This document shows, in pieces, positions 1-14,613 of a DNA stretch of 64,000 nucleotides (positions within the stretch are counted from its first letter, which is position 1; each line of letters begins with the position of its first letter). The notes under the pieces are model-generated. The model ran no database searches. It worked only from the letters and a program-made list of their open reading frames with translations, and was not told the DNA's origin. The position numbers and the translations under genes are program-made. Origin of the DNA: an uncultured Prevotellaceae bacterium (GTDB taxonomy: Bacteria; Bacillota_I; Bacilli_A; RFN20; CAG-288); the NCBI GenBank assembly GCA_963653505.1, contig CAVJWL010000002.1:2638-66637 (forward strand), given 5' to 3'.

Positions 1-1034
1 GTACGGCAATTGATCATATATTCTTGCCAGGTAGTAGGATTATTATCAGCAGCAGGACCGAATTTAATACCATCTAAATTTGCATCATTAGAGGTAGCTT
101 CAGCACAGCTGATGAGCATATAAGTAGGATATAAAGCATCAAGCAATTCAACTGGATAATCATAACAGACGACTTCATAGCCTTTTTCTTCTAAAGATTT
201 TAAAAGTTTGGTATAGGAATCTTTGATATCTTTATCAACGATTGAATCCATGACGGCTTTGAAATAACCGACCTTCTTCAATGCCTTATGTTCTAAGACA
301 TAATTTTGATATTTTTCTTTCTTTCTAAAAGAAGAAGACATATCGTTATCATCATGACCAGCAAGATAAGAAAGAATATAGCTTGAATCAAGTACATTTC
401 TTGTAAAGTAGGCGATAGTATCAAGTGATGGTGCAAACGGGAAAAGACCGTATCTAGAAACTCTTCCCCATGTAGGTTTAAAACCGACAAGACCAGCGTG
501 ACTTGCTGGTTTTCTGACTGAATCACCAGTATCACTTCCTAAGGCAAAAGGAGAAATACCAAGGGCTAAAGCAGCCGCGCTACCGCAAGAAGAACCACCG
601 ACGATTCTTTCTTTATCATATGGATTTAAAGTATCACCTTTATGACCAGTAGTACCAGTTCCACCCATAGCAAGTTCGTCCATAGTAGTCTTTGCTACCA
701 TGATCATACCGGCATTTTTGAGCTTTTTAACAACAGTAGCATCAAAAAGTGGTACATAACCTTCTAAAATCTTACTAGAAGCAGTTGTTTCAATGCCTTT
801 AGTAGAATAATTATCTTTACAAAGATATGGAATACCTTTTAAGATTTCATCTTCTTTAACTTCGGTTATCTTCTTAGCTTGTTTTCTAGCCTCTTCAAAA
901 GCAGTTGCTTCAAAACAGTTGCAACTATCTTTTTTGATTTCTTCAATACATTCTTCAACCAATTCACTAGCGGTCACTTTTTTGTTGACAAGAGCTTTGT
1001 GAATTTCAACAATAGATTTATTCATCCACTTCAT
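1..1034 (-). CDS. gatA: Glutamyl-tRNA(Gln)/aspartyl-tRNA(Asn) amidotransferase subunit A, partial (C-terminus cut by window edge)
   Basis: Minus-strand translation from ATG at 1034 gives MKWMNKSIVEIHKALVNKKVTASELVEEC..., followed by an amidase-signature GGSSCGSAAA-like segment (revcomp of ~560-620). The gene runs off the window start. It sits downstream of gatC with a 17-nt overlap. Confidence 0.8.
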   Translation of the reverse strand, partial: MKWMNKSIVEIHKALVNKKVTASELVEECIEEIKKDSCNCFEATAFEEARKQAKKITEVKEDEILKGIPYLCKDNYSTKGIETTASSKILEGYVPLFDATVVKKLKNAGMIMVAKTTMDELAMGGTGTTGHKGDTLNPYDKERIVGGSSCGSAAALALGISPFALGSDTGDSVRKPASHAGLVGFKPTWGRVSRYGLFPFAPSLDTIAYFTRNVLDSSYILSYLAGHDDNDMSSSFRKKEKYQNYVLEHKALKKVGYFKAVMDSIVDKDIKDSYTKLLKSLEEKGYEVVCYDYPVELLDALYPTYMLISCAEATSNDANLDGIKFGPAADNNPTTWQEYMINCR

Positions 1035-1335
1035 TTTGATTACCTACAACTTTCGGGAGTTTGACTTGTGTACCATATTTAGTATTAGAGTTAGCTAAAG
1101 CATCCTTGACTTTGAGCGGTTTTGATGGTTTATCATCTCTCATAAATTTTTGATGTTCTTTATAAGGGAATGTCATAGGATTAGCTTCATCGACTCCTTT
1201 GATTGATTTGAGAAAATCAATTTGCTTTAAAACAGTGTTGAACTCAGAATAAATCAAATCAGCTTGTCCAGGATTCAATTCAAACATGAGATTTTCTGCA
1301 CAAACATTAATCACGTCTTTTGTAATTTTAATCAT
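1018..1335 (-). CDS. gatC: Glu/Asp-tRNA amidotransferase subunit C
   Basis: 105-aa ORF immediately upstream of and overlapping gatA. Size and position match the conserved gatC-gatA arrangement, and the protein begins MIKITKDVINVCAENL... Confidence 0.7.
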   Translation of the reverse strand: MIKITKDVINVCAENLMFELNPGQADLIYSEFNTVLKQIDFLKSIKGVDEANPMTFPYKEHQKFMRDDKPSKPLKVKDALANSNTKYGTQVKLPKVVGNQNEVDE

Positions 1336-1401
1336 AAACCCTCCAACAAAATCATGTGAAATTATATCACATGTTTAATATCTTACCTATAAAATATTAT
1401 A

Positions 1402-5767
<4,366 letters not shown>

Positions 5768-5832
5768 ATTTAAATTCTCACTATCAAAATTATATCAAAA
5801 TAACATATGTACAAAAAGTCTTGACATATTCA

Positions 5833-7236
5833 TCATTGAATTTTTGCTTTGATATCACTCTTTTTGAACACACGTTTTCTAGCGACAAAATACAGACAAA
5901 TACCATGAGCAAGAGCGGTGATAAGCCAAGAGACTGGATAGGCCAAATATAAATACATCATCTGATGCATCTCAGGAAGCATGAAGATAGTGAAGACATA
6001 AACAACACGAACAACACAAATTCCTACAAAAGAAACCAAGGCAGGCAAATTAGATTCTCCTAGTCCTCTTTCAAGTGAGGCTAAACAATCAACAAGGGCC
6101 ATTAAGATATGAGAGCCTAAATTTATAAACATACATAGTTGAGCTATTTCCATCGCCTTGTTGTAATATTCCATATCATCACCTGGATGGATGATAAGTC
6201 CAAGAAGTGGAACTCTCAACAGAATTTCAATACCGGATAATAAAGCATCGACACAAACGCAGTAGATGATACACCACTTCATCGATTTTTTGATTCCATC
6301 TTTATTCTTAGCTCCGATATTACTAGCGACAAAGGCAACACCAGCTTGGGAGAAAGCATTAGCACCATTATAGACAAAGGCGATAAGTCTTTGAGCACTA
6401 GAATCACCAGTGACAGTGCTATCACCGAAAGAATTGATATGTGATTGAATGAGAACATTAGCTAAATCAAACATCATCGATTGAATACCAGCTGGAATAC
6501 CAATCTTGAGCATCTGAATGGTTTCTACTTTATAAAATTTTAAATTTTTGAATTTAAAACTGGCAAATTCTTTACCTCTCATCAAAGAGATATAACATAA
6601 AATTGAACTTACAACTTCAGAACTCACTGTTGCAATGGCAAGTCCTTTAACTCCGAGATTAAATGGGGGAAGAACTAAGACAATATTGAAACAGACATTG
6701 AAAATACCGCCGATAGTGAGATATAAAAATGGTTTGAATGAATTTCCCATACCTCTTAAAGAAGCTGCTGAAAAATTATAGAGCAATAAGAAAGGAACGC
6801 CGATGAAATAAATGACCATATAATCAGTCGACATATCGATCATATTTTCACTAGTTCCCATAAGCTCTAAGAAAAATCTCGAACAAAAAATTCCGATAAG
6901 AACAAGAACAACACCTGAGATAAGAGCTAATAAAGTGGAACTTCCGATGATTCTTTCTGCCTTATCTTTATCTTTTGCACCAAAAGCATTTGATACGACA
7001 ACATTGACACCAACAGAAAGTCCGATAAATAAATCGACGATCAAAGAACAAATAGAACCAGTAGCTCCAATCGCTCCAACTGCCAAATCAGAAACTAAAA
7101 ATCCACAGATGATATAGTCAGCCAAATTAAAAGATAATTGTAGCCAACTAGAAAGCATCAACGGAATTGCAAATATCGCCATATTTTTGACAATATTATT
7201 GCCTGTCATATCAACTTTTGTTGAAATTTTCTTCAT
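5833..7236 (-). CDS. MATE family efflux transporter
   Basis: 12-TM-like hydrophobic profile and MATE-like sequence. I place the start at internal Met MKKISTKV (ATG at 7236), which is preceded by GAGGTG. The ORF-track start at 7335 adds 33 residues that are unlikely to be real. Confidence 0.75.
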   Translation of the reverse strand: MKKISTKVDMTGNNIVKNMAIFAIPLMLSSWLQLSFNLADYIICGFLVSDLAVGAIGATGSICSLIVDLFIGLSVGVNVVVSNAFGAKDKDKAERIIGSSTLLALISGVVLVLIGIFCSRFFLELMGTSENMIDMSTDYMVIYFIGVPFLLLYNFSAASLRGMGNSFKPFLYLTIGGIFNVCFNIVLVLPPFNLGVKGLAIATVSSEVVSSILCYISLMRGKEFASFKFKNLKFYKVETIQMLKIGIPAGIQSMMFDLANVLIQSHINSFGDSTVTGDSSAQRLIAFVYNGANAFSQAGVAFVASNIGAKNKDGIKKSMKWCIIYCVCVDALLSGIEILLRVPLLGLIIHPGDDMEYYNKAMEIAQLCMFINLGSHILMALVDCLASLERGLGESNLPALVSFVGICVVRVVYVFTIFMLPEMHQMMYLYLAYPVSWLITALAHGICLYFVARKRVFKKSDIKAKIQ

Positions 7237-7331
7237 ATTCCACCTCAAAAAATGCCTAGATATTATATTCTTATTTTTTACTTTTATAAATGTATTTGTA
7301 CAATAAAATCTATGAAAGCGATATATAAGAA

Positions 7332-7982
7332 TCAATGAGTCAAAAGATATTTAATTCCTTTTATCAATCTATCATTGCAATCTTTAAAATGACCACCATC
7401 ATTCATCTCAAAAAATACATTTTTACCCTTATTTTTCAACAATTCAATAGATGCATTCATCATATCCAGTGATTTAGAAAGAAATGCATTTTTAGTATTG
7501 CTCTCTTTATCTCCAATTGAAAAATACCCATCTTTAAAAGTGAAGTCATTATCCTTTATATAACCAATAAAACCAGGAAACCATAAAGATGCTGAACAAC
7601 AGCAAATCTTATCAAAAAAATCAGTTTTAGAAGTCGAATATAAAGTAAATAATCCTGCAAGAGAATAGCCAGCTAAAATTCGATAATCAATTTTCAAATC
7701 AAGATTTTTTTCGATATTTTTAACAATTTCTAAAAATTTAATCGAATATTCACAGGCGCCACCTAAAAAATCTCTTCCACCTTTAAAGACAACCTTACCT
7801 TTAAATGGTGTAAAATCATTCTCCCAATCATTACCTGTTATGAAAACAAAGACATAATTACCTTGGATATCAATATCAAAGACATCATCAGAATGTATAT
7901 AAATAAAGATATAAGTATCAAACCCTTCAAGATATCTGATAGTTACATTTAAGTCATCATGTTTAATTTTTTTGTTAATCAT
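7332..7982 (-). CDS. alpha/beta-hydrolase fold esterase (putative esterase family)
   Basis: 216 aa with nucleophile elbow GYSLAG (GxSxG). Size is typical of esterase/acyl-hydrolase proteins. Confidence 0.55.
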   Translation of the reverse strand: MINKKIKHDDLNVTIRYLEGFDTYIFIYIHSDDVFDIDIQGNYVFVFITGNDWENDFTPFKGKVVFKGGRDFLGGACEYSIKFLEIVKNIEKNLDLKIDYRILAGYSLAGLFTLYSTSKTDFFDKICCCSASLWFPGFIGYIKDNDFTFKDGYFSIGDKESNTKNAFLSKSLDMMNASIELLKNKGKNVFFEMNDGGHFKDCNDRLIKGIKYLLTH

Positions 7983-8020
7983 ACCAATATTATAAACATT
8001 TGTAATAAAATATATAAGTT

Positions 8021-8845
8021 ATGAATAAAATTAACTATCCTTTTAAAGAAAAGAAATCTACTAAAATATTTTTCTTCACATTTATCGCTTGTTCAATTCT
8101 TCTGATGGCTTCTTCGATAATATCGTTTATCTTTTACTCTAAGAAATTTGAATTTCAATATTTAATCCTAGGAATTCTATCGATCATTTTCTCATTGTTA
8201 TTCATATTAGAAAGCGTATATTTAGCCATTAAAAAGACTATCACCACTGATAATTCAATAATTCAATATGGAATATTTGGTAAAAATGAAATTATATTTG
8301 ACAAAAATTGCATTGTTTCAGTTGAAGAAACAACTTCAAGCACTTCATGTAAAATATCAATTGAATATAAATCAGGTAATCAATCGATAATTCAAGCTTT
8401 CGATGTTGAGGATTACACTATCGATAGTTGTTTAGATGTCTATAAAGAATATATCAAACCGTTGAAAGACAAAGGTTTAAATATCAAATACAGCACTCTT
8501 TTAAAATCATTATTCAAAGCTATCGAAAAAAAATATTTCATCAAAGATGATAAGGTAAAACAATTGTTCATCGATTTTGAAAGTGAAAACAAAGAAGAAA
8601 TAATTGAAAAGAGAAATAAAAAACTTAAATCATTAAACATCGCATTTATAGCTTTGGAAGCTATGTTGATTTTCTTAGTCACCTTAACAAGTATAAAACC
8701 ATTGATAAATAATGGTTCTACTTATTCAAATAGCGATATAGTATTTTTATTCTTATACGGAATTCTATTTGTATTTGTAGCTATTTATATCCTATATCAA
8801 AAGCATAGAATCAAAAATAAAAGTGATTCTGATATCAAAAAATAG
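8021..8845 (+). CDS. membrane protein, unknown function
   Basis: 274 aa. Two N-terminal TM helices are followed by a soluble domain and a further C-terminal TM pair. I recognised no catalytic motif. Confidence 0.45.
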   Translation: MNKINYPFKEKKSTKIFFFTFIACSILLMASSIISFIFYSKKFEFQYLILGILSIIFSLLFILESVYLAIKKTITTDNSIIQYGIFGKNEIIFDKNCIVSVEETTSSTSCKISIEYKSGNQSIIQAFDVEDYTIDSCLDVYKEYIKPLKDKGLNIKYSTLLKSLFKAIEKKYFIKDDKVKQLFIDFESENKEEIIEKRNKKLKSLNIAFIALEAMLIFLVTLTSIKPLINNGSTYSNSDIVFLFLYGILFVFVAIYILYQKHRIKNKSDSDIKK

Positions 8846-9156
8846 CTAGAATTTTCAACAATACTCCAATAGCGATAAGACCTACACCTATTCCTATAAT
8901 AATATAGTAGATTGTTTTTGATGCTTTCTTTTTCTTTTCAGCATCAATTTCGTTTTTTTCATCCATAAATCACCTCAGAGAATGAAACGCATTGTCATTT
9001 CATTCTTTTTTATTTTAAAACTTGACAAATGTTTATGATAGTTTATTCCAATTTTTCTTTCTTTTTTTGGCGTCATTTATTTGTATACGCTTTCAAAAAA
9101 CTTCTCTTGAACATTAATTTAATGTTTTTTAGAATAGTTTCGCTCAAATAGTAAGG

Positions 9157-9648
9157 ATGCTAACAATGACATTTGATGAATTCGAAAAACTACATTTAGG
9201 ACAGATGGTTCATGAGACCGGAAGAAAAGAAAGATGCTTCATCGATAACTATTTACAAAAGCATTTGACTGTAAATATTTATGGAATTGAAGGATTGACT
9301 CTCTCATATATCAATAAATATGAGAAAATCTGTGCTTCCGACATCATTTCTTCCTTTTCTATTTCTAAAGCAACAGCAAGTCAGACACTTCAACGACTGG
9401 AAAAGAAAGGCTTGATAACTCAAAGCTTTTCTAAAGATCATCGAAGTAAAGAAATTCAAATGACTGAGCTTGGGAAGAAAAGTTTGAAAGAACTAGATGA
9501 AGCATTTGTAGAAATTACAACAATCTTAGAAAAAGACTTCTCACCTGAAGAAAAGAAGACATTGAGTAAGCTTTTATTCAAATTGAGAACGAACGCAGAA
9601 AACGCAAACAAGGAGGTAATTAAAAATGGAAAAGAAAAAATCTCTTAA
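9157..9648 (+). CDS. MarR-family transcriptional regulator
   Basis: 163 aa with a winged-HTH pattern (ISKATASQTLQRLEKKGLITQSFSKDHRSKEIQMTELG). It is located directly upstream of an ABC exporter pair. Confidence 0.7.
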   Translation: MLTMTFDEFEKLHLGQMVHETGRKERCFIDNYLQKHLTVNIYGIEGLTLSYINKYEKICASDIISSFSISKATASQTLQRLEKKGLITQSFSKDHRSKEIQMTELGKKSLKELDEAFVEITTILEKDFSPEEKKTLSKLLFKLRTNAENANKEVIKNGKEKIS

Positions 9649-11422
9649 AGAAAAAAAATATACCATCAATGAATTGATGAAACATTCAAAAGGATATTAT
9701 AAAGATATCACATTTACATGGGTTTTCGTTTTGTTAGAGACAGCTTTAGAAATTGGCATTGCTGCACTTCTATCTTACTTACTTGAAGCAATACAAGGTG
9801 TTAACAATAACGGAGTACCAAATTTAAACGGCATCATCATGTGGTCATGTATCATCATCACCATGGCAGTTGTCGCCGCAGTCTTTGGCATTTTAGCTGG
9901 TTATTGGTCTAGCAGTGCTTCTTGCGGATTTGGTAAAAATCTCAGAGATGCAATGTTTGTTAAAATTCAGGATTATTCCTTTAAAAACATCGATAAATTC
10001 TCCCCAGCTTCTATCGTAACAAGAACAACTACCGATGTTACTAATGTTCAATTTTCCTTCATGATGATTTTAAGAACTGTCTTAAGAGCTCCATTCATGA
10101 TGATATTCTCACTGATCATGTGCTTTGTCTTCGCGCCAAAATTATCATGGATCTTCTTGATCATCATTCCAGTTCTTTTATTCTTACTTTTATTCATCTC
10201 TTCAAAAGCTCATCCAATCTTTGTCAAAATCTTCGATACATATGATGATTTGAACTCATCAGTTGAAGAAGATGTCGACGGTATCAGAGTTGTCAAATCA
10301 TTCGGAAGAAAAGAATATCACGTAAATCATTTCAATTCCGTTTCCAATGATATTTATAAAAACTATATTCACGCTGAAAAACTCTTAGCCTTCAATTCAC
10401 CTTTGATGAATTTTGCTATCTTCTCAGCTATGATACTTCTTTCAGTTTTAGGCGCTTTCTTAATTACAGGTAGCAATAGTGCTGAATTGAATGTTGAGAA
10501 GCTCTCTTCCTTATTCACCTATGTCATGATGATCTTGATGTCCCTTATGATGATATCAATGGTCTATGTCATGATAACTATCGCAAGAAATTCTGCTGAA
10601 CGTATCATCGAAATCATCAATGAAGTTCCAGATATCAAAAATAAAGAAAATCCAGTGATGGAAGTTAAAAACGGCGATGTCGATTTCGAAAATGTCAATT
10701 TCGGATACAATGACAAAACCTTGGTTTTGAAAGATATCAATTTGCATTTCAAGCAAGGTCAAACAGTCGGTATCATCGGACCTACTGGTAGCAGTAAAAC
10801 TTCTCTTGTCTCATTGATTGCTAGACTCTATGATGTAACCACAGGTGAGGTCAAAGTCGGTGGTGTCAACGTCAAAGATTATGATTTGAAAGTATTGAGA
10901 GATTCTGTTGCTGTTGTTTTACAAAAGAACGTATTATTTACAGGTACTATTAGAGACAATCTTAAATGGGGCAATGAAAATGCAACAGATGAAGAAATCT
11001 GGAAAGCTTGTGATTTAGCTCAAGCTAGCGAATTCTTGCATTCATTCCCAGAAGGACTTGATACTATGATTGTCGAAGGTGGTACTAATGTCTCTGGCGG
11101 TCAAAAACAAAGACTTTGTATCGCAAGAGCTTTACTCAAAAATCCAAAGATCTTAATTCTCGATGATTCTACAAGCGCATGTGATACTCACACTGATGCT
11201 ATGATAAGACAAGCTTTAGGTTCAACTCGTCCTGATGTCACAAAGTTCATCATCGCTCAACGTGTTTTATCAATCAAAGACTGCGACATCATTCTTGTCA
11301 TGGATAACAATGGAACAATTGTCAACATCGGAAATAATGATGAATTGATGGCTAATTCCGCTGTTTATAAAGAATTATATGAGTCTCAATTAGGTGGAGG
11401 TGATTTCGATGTCAACGAATAA
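9626..11422 (+). CDS. ABC transporter ATP-binding/permease protein (type I exporter half-transporter)
   Basis: 598 aa. An N-terminal 6-TM domain is followed by Walker A GPTGSSKTS, signature VSGGQKQR and Walker B ILILDDSTSA. Confidence 0.85.
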   Translation: MEKKKSLKEKKYTINELMKHSKGYYKDITFTWVFVLLETALEIGIAALLSYLLEAIQGVNNNGVPNLNGIIMWSCIIITMAVVAAVFGILAGYWSSSASCGFGKNLRDAMFVKIQDYSFKNIDKFSPASIVTRTTTDVTNVQFSFMMILRTVLRAPFMMIFSLIMCFVFAPKLSWIFLIIIPVLLFLLLFISSKAHPIFVKIFDTYDDLNSSVEEDVDGIRVVKSFGRKEYHVNHFNSVSNDIYKNYIHAEKLLAFNSPLMNFAIFSAMILLSVLGAFLITGSNSAELNVEKLSSLFTYVMMILMSLMMISMVYVMITIARNSAERIIEIINEVPDIKNKENPVMEVKNGDVDFENVNFGYNDKTLVLKDINLHFKQGQTVGIIGPTGSSKTSLVSLIARLYDVTTGEVKVGGVNVKDYDLKVLRDSVAVVLQKNVLFTGTIRDNLKWGNENATDEEIWKACDLAQASEFLHSFPEGLDTMIVEGGTNVSGGQKQRLCIARALLKNPKILILDDSTSACDTHTDAMIRQALGSTRPDVTKFIIAQRVLSIKDCDIILVMDNNGTIVNIGNNDELMANSAVYKELYESQLGGGDFDVNE

Positions 11423-13388
11423 AAAAACAAAAAATATGTCTGCGATGAAAAGACTTCTCCAATTAGTCTTCAAATTCTATCCCGGCCAATTCTTCATCGT
11501 TTGCATTTGTATTCTTCTTTCCTCTTTCGCTTCAGTTGCTGCTTCTTATTTTGTCGGTACCATCTTGATTGACAATTTCATCAACACATCTTTATCTCAA
11601 GATATAAAACCTGCTTATGATTTCTTGATAAATGACGCCACCTATCTTGGTATGTCATTCGGTACTACTTTAGTTGTTATGGGATGTCTTTTTGCAATCG
11701 GTGTTATAGCTTCATATTTCTATAACTTCATGATGGCTTTCATCTCTCAAGGTATTCAAAAGAAGATCAGAGATCATCTATTTGAACACATGCAAGACTT
11801 ACCTGTCAGTTTCTTCGATCAACACACCCATGGTAATATCATGTCTATCTATACCAATGATGTTGATACATTAAGAGAAATGTTAGCAAGAAGTCTTCCG
11901 ATGATGGTCTCAAGCTTTGTCACTATGATTGCATGCTTTGTCATGATGATCGTCACTGACTTCTATCTCACTCTTGTCGTCTTATTCTTCGGTGTCATCA
12001 TGTTCTTCTTGACAAAGTTCTTCGCTGGTCACAGCGGCAAATACTTTATTAAACAACAAATTGAACTTGCAAACACCAATGGTTATATCGAAGAGATGAT
12101 CACCGGTCAAAAAGTTGTCAAAGTCTTCAACTATGAAAAGAGAAATATCGAAGGCTTTAGAAAACATAACGATGAATTATACAATCAAGCTGTCAAAGCC
12201 AATCGTTATGCAAACACCCTTATGCCAGCTGTCAACCAATTAGGTAACCTTCAATATGCAGTCTTAGCTTTAATCGGTGGATTATTCGTCGTCAACTCAG
12301 TCACTAGTTATTCCTTAAAAGATATGTTAACTGGCGGACATAATTTCGGAGCTACTTCTAGCAATGGTACCTTGCTCAACATCGGTATCATCGTTTCCTT
12401 CTTATTATTTGCAAAATCATTCGTCAATCCGATCGGACAGATGGCTCAACAGTTGAACACTGTCACAATGGCCCTTGCTGGTGCTGATAGAATTTTCAAG
12501 ATGACCGATGAACCAAGTGAAGTCGATGAAGGATATGTCGAACTTGTCAATGCCAAAGAAGATGAAAACGGAAATCCCGTCGAAGTCAAAGAAAGAACTG
12601 GAAAATGGGCATGGAAACATCCGCATGGAGATGGAACAACTACTTATACTTGGTTAAAAGGTAAGATCAATGTCAATCATGTTGACTTTGGATATGTACC
12701 TAACAAAATCGTTCTTCACGATATCACAGTCTATGCTGAACCTGGTCAAAAAATCGCTTTTGTCGGTCCAACTGGTGCTGGTAAAACTACAATCACAAAT
12801 CTTTTAAATCGTTTCTATGATATCGCAGATGGTAAGATAAGATATGATGATATCAACATCAACAAAATCAAAAAAGATGATTTAAGAAGATCTTTAGGTA
12901 TGGTCTTCCAAGATACAAAGCTCTTCACTGGTACTGTTATGGAAAATATCAGATACGGAAAATTAGATGCTACTGATGAAGAAGTTTATGCCGCTGCTAA
13001 ATTGGCAAATGCTGAACCATTCATCAAACAACTTCCAGATGGATATAACACTGTCCTTAAAAATGGTGGTGCTAGCTTATCTCAAGGTCAAAGACAACTC
13101 CTTGCTATCGCAAGAGCTGCCATTGCAAATCCACCAGTTCTCATTCTTGATGAAGCTACTTCATCAATCGACTCAAGAACTGAAGCTATGGTCACCAAAG
13201 GTATGGATGCCATCATGAAAGGAAGAACTGTCTTTGTCATCGCTCATAGACTTTCAACCATCAAAAATAGTGATGTCATCATGGTCTTAGATCACGGCAG
13301 TATCATCGAACGTGGTTCTCACGATTCGCTTCTTGCTCAAAAAGGAAAATACTACCAACTCTATACTGGCAATTCTATCAAAGAATAA
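11394..13388 (+). CDS. ABC transporter ATP-binding/permease protein (heterodimer partner)
   Basis: 664 aa. TM domain followed by GPTGAGKTT, LSQGQRQ and ILILDEATSS. It overlaps the upstream gene, which fits a heterodimeric multidrug-type exporter. Confidence 0.85.
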   Translation: MEVISMSTNKKTKNMSAMKRLLQLVFKFYPGQFFIVCICILLSSFASVAASYFVGTILIDNFINTSLSQDIKPAYDFLINDATYLGMSFGTTLVVMGCLFAIGVIASYFYNFMMAFISQGIQKKIRDHLFEHMQDLPVSFFDQHTHGNIMSIYTNDVDTLREMLARSLPMMVSSFVTMIACFVMMIVTDFYLTLVVLFFGVIMFFLTKFFAGHSGKYFIKQQIELANTNGYIEEMITGQKVVKVFNYEKRNIEGFRKHNDELYNQAVKANRYANTLMPAVNQLGNLQYAVLALIGGLFVVNSVTSYSLKDMLTGGHNFGATSSNGTLLNIGIIVSFLLFAKSFVNPIGQMAQQLNTVTMALAGADRIFKMTDEPSEVDEGYVELVNAKEDENGNPVEVKERTGKWAWKHPHGDGTTTYTWLKGKINVNHVDFGYVPNKIVLHDITVYAEPGQKIAFVGPTGAGKTTITNLLNRFYDIADGKIRYDDININKIKKDDLRRSLGMVFQDTKLFTGTVMENIRYGKLDATDEEVYAAAKLANAEPFIKQLPDGYNTVLKNGGASLSQGQRQLLAIARAAIANPPVLILDEATSSIDSRTEAMVTKGMDAIMKGRTVFVIAHRLSTIKNSDVIMVLDHGSIIERGSHDSLLAQKGKYYQLYTGNSIKE

Positions 13389-13397
13389 TTCTTCTAA

Positions 13398-13428
13398 CAC
13401 AGTCACCAAGTGGCTGTGTTTTTTGATT
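13398..13428 (+). terminator. Rho-independent terminator after ABC exporter operon
   Basis: ACACAGTCACcaaGTGGCTGTGT stem-loop followed by TTTTTGATTT. Confidence 0.5.
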
Positions 13429-13468
13429 TGTACTTTATTTTTTAAATGAATTCGTGTAAACTAAACTT

Positions 13469-14041
13469 GTGAAAAATAACGAAATAAAAGAAAAAAAAGC
13501 GATCGAAAAAATCCATGAAGCCTTAGCTATTTTAATCAAAGAAAAAGGCTATGATAATATCAATGTCTCTGATATCATCAAAAAAAGTGAAGTCTCAAGA
13601 TCTACTTTTTACGCTTATTTTAAAAGCAAAGATGATGTCTTAGATAAACTGATAGATCATATTTTTTCGCATGTTTTTTCTCACGGTCTCACCAAAGAAG
13701 AAGGGCATGACTTCTCGACATCCTCAATCTTTGATTACAAACATCTGATTGAACATATCTTCTACCATTTTAAAGAAGAAAGAGAACTGATAGGAGCTAT
13801 TTTCTCATCCAGTGCAAGTCATAGATTCATCATGTCTTTAGAATTGAAACTCAAAGATTTGATCAATCTTCTCGTCCTTCAAAAAGTCTTTTCAACAGTT
13901 AACATTCCTGTTGAAATTGCGACGAGTCAATACACATCGGGACTTATTGAGTTATTGAAATATTACACAAATAAAGAAAGAGAAGAAACACCTGAAGAGA
14001 TGTGCACATATTACTTCTCCTTATATCAAAAACAAATATGA
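13469..14041 (+). CDS. TetR/AcrR-family transcriptional regulator
   Basis: 190 aa with an N-terminal HTH (VSRSTFYAYFKSKDDVL) typical of TetR_N. Confidence 0.7.
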   Translation: MKNNEIKEKKAIEKIHEALAILIKEKGYDNINVSDIIKKSEVSRSTFYAYFKSKDDVLDKLIDHIFSHVFSHGLTKEEGHDFSTSSIFDYKHLIEHIFYHFKEERELIGAIFSSSASHRFIMSLELKLKDLINLLVLQKVFSTVNIPVEIATSQYTSGLIELLKYYTNKEREETPEEMCTYYFSLYQKQI

Positions 14042-14604
14042 ACGAATACGGAAATAATAACATCGAAATAAATAATACTCCTGTCAATGATATCAGCGCT
14101 AATAACACAGAAATAAGTGACGAATTATCACCGGATAATGTCAATGGAAATAACTATTCTGCAAATCATAAATTTGTAGCAGCCGCTATAACATTAGTAT
14201 CAGCAGCAACCCTGACTGCTGGTGGTTTATTCTCAAATTCCTTTTTGTCATCAAAGCCTGTGATATCATCGGATTATTATTTTACAGTCTATGATCATTC
14301 AATCGATTACAATTTTGAGGTGACATCATCTTCTAAATATCAACTGTATTTTGAAGTGACTCAAGATACTACTTCAATCAAAAAATTGAATATCACAGAG
14401 GCAAAAAGATATATCAGCGGACAAAATGAGTTTCCAAAAATTGAGGATTTAAATTCGCATTACCGGTATCAGATAAAGATATTTTATACCAATGGAAATG
14501 ATGTGAAAGCAAATCTTTTAAAGTTTGTCTTTTTCACGCCTGATGAAGGTGAGGTCGGAATCATTTATAACAAAAATACGATAGATTCATTAAAAATTAA
14601 ATAG
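14038..14604 (+). CDS. membrane-anchored protein, Asn-rich N-terminus, unknown function
   Basis: I place the start at the ATG overlapping the TetR stop (ATGA at 14038-14041), reading MNEYGNNN.... There is one TM helix (FVAAAITLVSAATLTAGGLF). The ORF-track start at 14002 lies inside tetR. Confidence 0.45.
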   Translation: MNEYGNNNIEINNTPVNDISANNTEISDELSPDNVNGNNYSANHKFVAAAITLVSAATLTAGGLFSNSFLSSKPVISSDYYFTVYDHSIDYNFEVTSSSKYQLYFEVTQDTTSIKKLNITEAKRYISGQNEFPKIEDLNSHYRYQIKIFYTNGNDVKANLLKFVFFTPDEGEVGIIYNKNTIDSLKIK

Positions 14605-14613
14605 GAGAATAAT

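Noticed and set aside
293-535. 80-aa ORF on the minus strand
   Set aside because: It lies inside gatA in another frame with hydrophobic low-complexity translation. The region is explained by gatA.
7237-7335. 33-aa N-terminal extension of the MATE ORF
   Set aside because: The internal ATG at 7236 has a GAGGTG RBS and begins a typical MATE N-terminus. The extension overlaps the esterase gene's 3' end.
9007-9045. TTGACA...TATGAT promoter upstream of marR
   Set aside because: The hexamers are only 7 nt apart, which is incompatible with sigma-A spacing, so no promoter call is made.
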